Shown here in pieces: positions 27,507 to 32,000 of a stretch of 32,000 bases of DNA. The notes under the pieces are model-generated. The model had not been told where the DNA came from. It searched no databases and saw nothing but the letters and a program-made list of their open reading frames with translations. Source of the DNA: Acaryochloris thomasi RCC1774 (GTDB lineage Bacteria; Cyanobacteriota; Cyanobacteriia; Thermosynechococcales; Thermosynechococcaceae); the NCBI RefSeq assembly GCF_003231495.1, contig NZ_PQWO01000001.1, positions 573,850-605,849 of the forward strand. Direction: 5' to 3'. The position numbers and the translations under genes are program-made. Position 1 is the first letter of the stretch, and each line of letters starts with the position of its first letter.

Positions 27507-28523
27507 ATGCCTGTCTATCTTTACTGGGGTGAAGACCATTACCGCTTGAACCGGGCCGTGGAAGCCCTCCATGCCCAAGTGCTTGATCCCGCTTGGCTGA
27601 GCTTTAACTACGATAAAATTGAGGTTGGATCCAGTGCGGATGCCGCCACCCAGATGATGCAGGGATTCAATCAAGCAATGACGCCCCCCTTTGGTGCAGG
27701 GCAACGACTGGTGTGGCTGATCAATCCCACCCTCGGGCGACAAGATAGCGAAGATGTGGTTTCAGAACTGGAGCGCACCCTGCCAGCCCTCCCGGAAACC
27801 TCTCACCTGTTGCTCACCTATGCTTCTAAGCCCAATGGTCGCAGTAAAGCGATCAAACTTTTGCAAAAGCAAGCCCAAACTCAAGAATTTACCCCCATTC
27901 CTCCCTGGAAGACACAGCTTTTGATTCAGTCTGTTAAGCAAGCTGCCTCCGAGGTGGGTGTCAAGCTGTCTGCTGATGCCGTTGAACTACTGGCTGATTC
28001 CATAGGTAACGATACACAGCGTCTCTATTGCGAACTTAACAAGCTGCAGCTCTATGCTCAGCAGCAGTCTGCGGCCCTCACGGCCGAAGCAGTTGCCAAA
28101 CTGGTGCCTGCAACCACCCAAAATAGCCTGCAGCTGGCCGATGCCATCCGCCAGGGACACACAAGTCAAGCCCTGACTTTGGTTGCCGATCTATTGGCGA
28201 TCAGCGAACCGAGCCTGAAGATTACCGCCACCCTCGTGCGCCAGTTTCGGACTTGGCTCTGGATAAAACTCATGCTTGAAGCCGGGGAGCGAGATGAGCG
28301 GGTGATCGCCAAGGCGGCTGAGGTCAGAAACCCCAAGCGTATCTATTTTTTGCAGCAGGACGTGAAATCTCTCCGCAGCCCACAGCTACGACAGGTGCTG
28401 AAGGGGCTGCTAGAACTTGATGTCAGTTTGAAGCAAGGCCAAAACTCGACAACCGTGCTGCAAACAAAAATTATCGAACTGTGTCAGCTCTGTCAGATGC
28501 CAGCGAGGGAACATCATCCTTGA
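27507..28523 (+). CDS. holA: DNA polymerase III delta subunit
   Basis: MPVYLYWGEDHYRLNRAVEAL...LDPAWLSFNYDKI, with length and layout typical of cyanobacterial HolA. Confidence 0.85.
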   Translation: MPVYLYWGEDHYRLNRAVEALHAQVLDPAWLSFNYDKIEVGSSADAATQMMQGFNQAMTPPFGAGQRLVWLINPTLGRQDSEDVVSELERTLPALPETSHLLLTYASKPNGRSKAIKLLQKQAQTQEFTPIPPWKTQLLIQSVKQAASEVGVKLSADAVELLADSIGNDTQRLYCELNKLQLYAQQQSAALTAEAVAKLVPATTQNSLQLADAIRQGHTSQALTLVADLLAISEPSLKITATLVRQFRTWLWIKLMLEAGERDERVIAKAAEVRNPKRIYFLQQDVKSLRSPQLRQVLKGLLELDVSLKQGQNSTTVLQTKIIELCQLCQMPAREHHP

Positions 28524-28603
28524 TCAACGCACCCGGACAAACGGGTAGAATAGCGAAGGATAGTGGCTTCCCCCTGTGAGCAGAAAATATAGTTTGCAGG
28601 GAC

Positions 28604-28632
28604 GGAACTTCCCACCTGCAAAATGATTCAAG
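28604..28632 (+). promoter_or_regulatory. Conserved 29-nt block upstream of DUF4168-like paralog 2, shared with 26893-26921
   Basis: See 26893-26921. The conserved core is GGAACTTC.CACCT....AATGATTCAAG. Confidence 0.35.
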
Positions 28633-28680
28633 ATCATTAGCACTCATTAATATAGTGGTTTGTTTGGATTGCAGACGTTC

Positions 28681-29145
28681 ATGGCCTATTTAATTCGATC
28701 CCTTACTCAGCCTGCTCGAGTTCGTTCCCAGCAACGATTCGCTTGGATTTCTCTGCTATCCGTTATCGGAAGCTTCTCAGGTTTCGTACCAGGGTTGACG
28801 CAAGATTTTTCACAATTGGACATGAGTTCCATTGCCCATGCTCAGGCGTTGTTGCCCAAAGTGGGTAACTATGCTGATGCTGTTCTACAAATGGAGCCTC
28901 TGCGCCTTAATGCCCTGACCAAGGTGCGTTCTTATATGGGGCAGCAGACGCCCAAAAACGTTTGCCGCCAGAGTGATTTACCAAATTCAGTCAAAACTAC
29001 CTGCACCGACTTTTATAACCGGTCGGCTGACGTTATTCAGCGTAACGGTCTGTCTAACTGGGAATTTAATCAAATTACCGAAAAGGTGCGGACAGATACC
29101 CTCTATCGTCAGCGTCTAGACCAAGAGCTGCAAAGACGTCAGTAA
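28681..29145 (+). CDS. DUF4168-like secreted or membrane-anchored protein (paralog 2)
   Basis: Roughly two-thirds identical by eye to paralog 1 over the C-terminal ~105 aa: NYADAVLQMEPLRLNALTKV...CRQSDLPNSVKTTCTDFYNRSADVIQRNGLSNWEFNQITEKV. I moved the start to ATG 28681. Confidence 0.7.
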   Translation: MAYLIRSLTQPARVRSQQRFAWISLLSVIGSFSGFVPGLTQDFSQLDMSSIAHAQALLPKVGNYADAVLQMEPLRLNALTKVRSYMGQQTPKNVCRQSDLPNSVKTTCTDFYNRSADVIQRNGLSNWEFNQITEKVRTDTLYRQRLDQELQRRQ

Positions 29146-29317
29146 TATCAGAGCCTCTCCTGTTCTCTCGTGCTGCCGAAGATGAAAGAGTCATGGAATA
29201 ATGACAGGTGATCGTGGCAATGACGTTTGATCTATACTGACTTATTCCAATGTGGGGTTAAGGGCGTCAGAATAGTGGAGAACGAATGTTGCCAGACCTG
29301 CAGAGCTGCCTGATGCT

Positions 29318-29896
29318 ATGGTCAGTCGTTGGCAAAACACAACTACACCGCTAGAGCGTGAGGTCCAGCCGGATACAGCTCAGTTAGACAACATAAAAAC
29401 GCAGCTCGATTTGGTCCTCTTAGCCCTAGAGGCCCTGATCGGCATTGGCTCTGAGGCGGTCCTGCAGGCCGCAGCAGATTTAAATTTGCAGGACTCGGTC
29501 AGCGATCGCGTCGCTCTCTGGCGGCTGCGTCAGTCTAACCCGATGCGGCGCGGAACCGGCGGACGCAAGAAGCTCGATATCGATGAGGCGCGAGCTTTAG
29601 TGCTCATTAGCTGCCATCTCGCACAGCAACATCAAGAGATAATTCGCAAAGCCGTCATGCTTTTGGAGGAGCTGGCTGAGCAAAATCGTCAGCCTCATCA
29701 AGCGGCGCTGCTAGGTGATTATCTTGATCAGTTCACCAACACCTATCAAGAGCGGATGGATGACAATCTTTCAACAGATGCCCTCAGTCATCTGGCTCTG
29801 AAGCTACTGGTTGACTTACTCTTCTACAGCAGTCCTCAAGGCTCTCGACGACTATGGGTAGCACTTCTCGACCGAGCGAATGGTAACGATGGGTAA
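29318..29896 (+). CDS. Conserved cyanobacterial-type hypothetical protein, possibly DUF3038-like
   Basis: A 192-aa ATG ORF with no competing frame (LDLVLLALEALIGIGSEAVLQAAADLNLQ...RVALWRLRQSNPMRR). The family name comes from weak recollection only. Confidence 0.5.
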   Translation: MVSRWQNTTTPLEREVQPDTAQLDNIKTQLDLVLLALEALIGIGSEAVLQAAADLNLQDSVSDRVALWRLRQSNPMRRGTGGRKKLDIDEARALVLISCHLAQQHQEIIRKAVMLLEELAEQNRQPHQAALLGDYLDQFTNTYQERMDDNLSTDALSHLALKLLVDLLFYSSPQGSRRLWVALLDRANGNDG

Positions 29897-29928
29897 AGCT
29901 GTGGCGCCATTGACGCAGCTCATCTCCC

Positions 29929-30105
29929 TTAGAATCGGCCTCGTCCCGTTCCCTTGGAAATAACCCATAGGGCGTGAATGGCCCCCGGCAGCCATCCCAG
30001 CAGCGTTAGCAAAATATTGAGCAACAGTGTGCCACTTAGGCCAACCTCAAGGAAAATACCCAGCGGAGGCAGGACGATGGCCAGAATAATCTTGAGAAGT
30101 TGCAT
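29929..30105 (-). CDS. Pmp3/YqaE (UPF0057) family small hydrophobic membrane protein, 58 aa
   Basis: My own translation: MQLLKIILAIVLPPLGIFLEVGLSGTLLLNILLTLLGWLPGAIHALWVISKGTGRGRF*. There is a GGAG 11 nt upstream of the ATG. It is not in the ORF track, presumably because it falls under the length cutoff. Confidence 0.8.
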   Translation of the reverse strand: MQLLKIILAIVLPPLGIFLEVGLSGTLLLNILLTLLGWLPGAIHALWVISKGTGRGRF

Positions 30106-30334
30106 GGTCTTTCACGCTCCTGTTTGTGTGAACAGCATCTATAACCCAGCGTCTGACGTTAGAGCCATTTTGTCCTCTACCTAGAGACAGGCTTCTATTG
30201 CCATCTCCCTTCTCTGCAGCCGGAAAAACTCTTCCTCTGTGTAGATGTGTCTTTCTACTGCTCTCTGTTAAATCTGAAGCAGCGGTTCAATCATGAACCT
30301 TCTTATTCTGTATCGTTAATGATGAGGAAAAATT

Positions 30335-30736
30335 ATGCTTGGAGTCCTGCTTACTCTACTTGCCACGGCCCTTAGTTTGCTGGTGGTTGACATCATTTTC
30401 CCCGGCGTTGATCTGGCGACATTCCCCGCTGCCCTTGCGGGTGCCGCTGTCTTAGGTGGCGTCAACGCTGTTTTGCGACCTGTGCTTTCATTACTGTCTC
30501 TCCCCCTAACGATCCTGAGCCTCGGTGCGTTTTCTCTGATTGTGAATGGTCTTTGTTTCTGGTTCGCAGCGCTCTTGGTTCCGGGCTTCAAGGTGAGCGG
30601 TATCCTATCGTTCATTGTGGGGCCGATCATTTTGTCGGTAGTGAGCACCTTTTTTAACCAGTATTTGACCGAAAAGTTCCCGCAGTTGATGGGAAATAAC
30701 ACGCCTCTGCTTAAGACAGATGAGTTATCAAAATAG
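30335..30736 (+). CDS. Phage_holin_4_2 / DUF360-type four-helix membrane protein
   Basis: LLVVDIIFPGVDLATFPAALAGAAVLGGVNAVLRPVLSLLSLPLTILSLGAFSLIVNGLCFWFAALLVPGF. A GAGG lies 8 nt upstream of the ATG. Confidence 0.75.
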   Translation: MLGVLLTLLATALSLLVVDIIFPGVDLATFPAALAGAAVLGGVNAVLRPVLSLLSLPLTILSLGAFSLIVNGLCFWFAALLVPGFKVSGILSFIVGPIILSVVSTFFNQYLTEKFPQLMGNNTPLLKTDELSK

Positions 30737-30816
30737 AATGCTTGTCGGCAGAGACATCTATGAGAATAGATTTGCGCTTTGCTAGCCTTGAGTAATCCTA
30801 CTATTTGAATCACCCA

Positions 30817-31788
30817 ATGGCGCGATCTTCCTGTCTCATTTTCAATCCAGCTGCGGGTCAGGGAGATTCTGAACAGGAGTTGCAGACGATTTGTCAGCTG
30901 CTTTCTCCCCATATGGAGCTGGAGGTTCGCTTAACCTCCCCTGATGTAGATGCAGCGCCCTTAGCACGGACCGCCGTCAACCAGAATTTCGATCTGATTA
31001 TCGCGGCGGGTGGAGATGGAACGGTGTCTGCGGTGGCCGCTGCTCTAATCGGCACCTCCATCTCTTTAGGCGTCATTGGACGGGGAACCGCTAACGCCTT
31101 TGCCAATGCTTTAGATATTCCCACTTCTTTGGAAGCTGCCTGCCGCGTGATTACGGAGGGCACAACCCGAGTAGTGGATGCTGCGTCCTGCGGTGACAGT
31201 ACCATGATTTTATTGGCCGGCATTGGTCTGGAGGCAGAAACGATTCGGAAGGCCGATCGCGTTGCGAAGGATCGCCTAGGTGTTCTGGCCTACGTCTTTG
31301 CAGGATTCAGACAGCTTCAAGATTTAGAGTTATTTTCTGCTGAGCTGGAAATTGATGGCTCCCGTAAGGTGGAGTTTTCTGCGGGAGCCATTACAGTGGC
31401 AAACGCGGCTCCCGCAACTTCGATTCTGGCCCAGGGACCCGCTGGCGTCATTCCTGATGATGGGTTACTGGATCTGACCATCGTGGCCCCAGAGAGCACT
31501 TTGGACATTATGGCAGCCTCCTATAATCTGCTCAGATCCGCTCTACGCGGAGAAGCGGCGACTCAGGAAAGCGTTGGCTATCTGCGTGCCAAACATTTTA
31601 GGATCACGACTCAACCGGCTCAACGAGTGATGATAGATGGTGAGCTGGTTGGGCATACGCCCATAGAAATAGCCTGTATCCCCCATTCGCTGACGGTGTG
31701 TACCCCTCAATCTGATATGGAACGGCCAGAGCAGCCCCAGGAACGGCTAGAAAATCTGCCCGATTTGAGCGTTAGGATCGTGGATTAA
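30817..31788 (+). CDS. Diacylglycerol-kinase-family lipid kinase (YegS/BmrU-like)
   Basis: LIFNPAAGQG, IIAAGGDGTVS, GRGTANAFA and LLAGIGLEA. I moved the start to ATG 30817; the track start at 30805 is a TTG. Confidence 0.87.
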   Translation: MARSSCLIFNPAAGQGDSEQELQTICQLLSPHMELEVRLTSPDVDAAPLARTAVNQNFDLIIAAGGDGTVSAVAAALIGTSISLGVIGRGTANAFANALDIPTSLEAACRVITEGTTRVVDAASCGDSTMILLAGIGLEAETIRKADRVAKDRLGVLAYVFAGFRQLQDLELFSAELEIDGSRKVEFSAGAITVANAAPATSILAQGPAGVIPDDGLLDLTIVAPESTLDIMAASYNLLRSALRGEAATQESVGYLRAKHFRITTQPAQRVMIDGELVGHTPIEIACIPHSLTVCTPQSDMERPEQPQERLENLPDLSVRIVD

Positions 31789-31801
31789 ATAATATCCAAA
31801 A

Positions 31802-32000
31802 TCAGGCCGCCTGAGGTTTGGCAGTATAGTTCCATTTTGGCAAGTAAGCATCAAAAACAATTTCCATTGATTCCTTAAACTCCTCGGTGACTTTTCGACC
31901 CGTTTGGTAGACCTTGTCTAACACCGTCGTAAAGACCTTCAGACCCGTTTTAGTCTTGGCTGTGGCCATCAACTCTTTCACAACTTCCACCGCCTCAAAA
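31802..32000 (-). CDS. C-terminal end of an ISAzo13-like (DDE_Tnp_ISAZ013) transposase. The N-terminal part lies beyond the window.
   Basis: ...FEAVEVVKELMATAKTKTGLKVFTTVLDKVYQTGRKVTEEFKESMEIVFDAYLPKWNYTAKPQAA* matches the ...TKTGLKV...LD...Y..G.KV......WNYT..P terminus I associate with this family. The ORF is open at base 32000. Confidence 0.55.
   Translation of the reverse strand, partial: FEAVEVVKELMATAKTKTGLKVFTTVLDKVYQTGRKVTEEFKESMEIVFDAYLPKWNYTAKPQAA

Noticed and set aside
27441-27743. 100-aa minus-strand ORF opposite the holA 5-prime end
   Set aside because: It is antisense to a well-supported holA N-terminus (MPVYLYWGEDHY...), and its translation has no recognisable features.
30316-30912. 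198-aa minus-strand ORF spanning the DUF360-type gene and the lipid-kinase start
   Set aside because: Both plus-strand genes have clear family signatures and ribosome-binding sites. The minus-strand product is Arg/Ser/Thr-rich and has no motifs.

Overview
The window is a cyanobacterial chromosome segment. I counted 17 exact copies of the HIP1 octamer GCGATCGC, where about 0.5 would be expected by chance. Most of the window is housekeeping genes read directly from the ORF track: gyrB, miaA, tmk-holB, tRNA-Phe, lipA, holA and cobH-cobL. Between 7.4 and 17.9 kb, directly downstream of tRNA-Phe, lies an accessory-looking block. It holds an ethylene-binding-domain/PAS histidine kinase with a CheY-like regulator, a His-rich membrane protein, a 615-bp AT-rich non-coding gap, phosphoketolase, plastoquinol terminal oxidase (PTOX), an HxlR regulator, an NrtS-like small membrane protein, a Rieske oxygenase and a TetR regulator with an IS1-type zinc ribbon fused to its C-terminus. 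No CRISPR array, rRNA, prophage or recognisable defence system is present. The observation I rate highest is an SdhB (succinate dehydrogenase Fe-S subunit) ORF at 22411-23646 that continues in frame into a one-helix Hlip/CAB chlorophyll-binding-type motif. This ORF lies next to a cyAbrB regulator gene and a MITE-like element with 18-bp terminal inverted repeats. Other points are two diverged DUF4168-like paralogs bracketing holA with a shared upstream block, a Pmp3/YqaE small gene missing from the ORF track, and an ISAzo13-like transposase fragment at the right edge. All calls come from reading the translations and the DNA by eye. Family names are pattern recognition, not search results. Several start codons were moved from the track's alternative-start position to a downstream ATG and are judgement calls.
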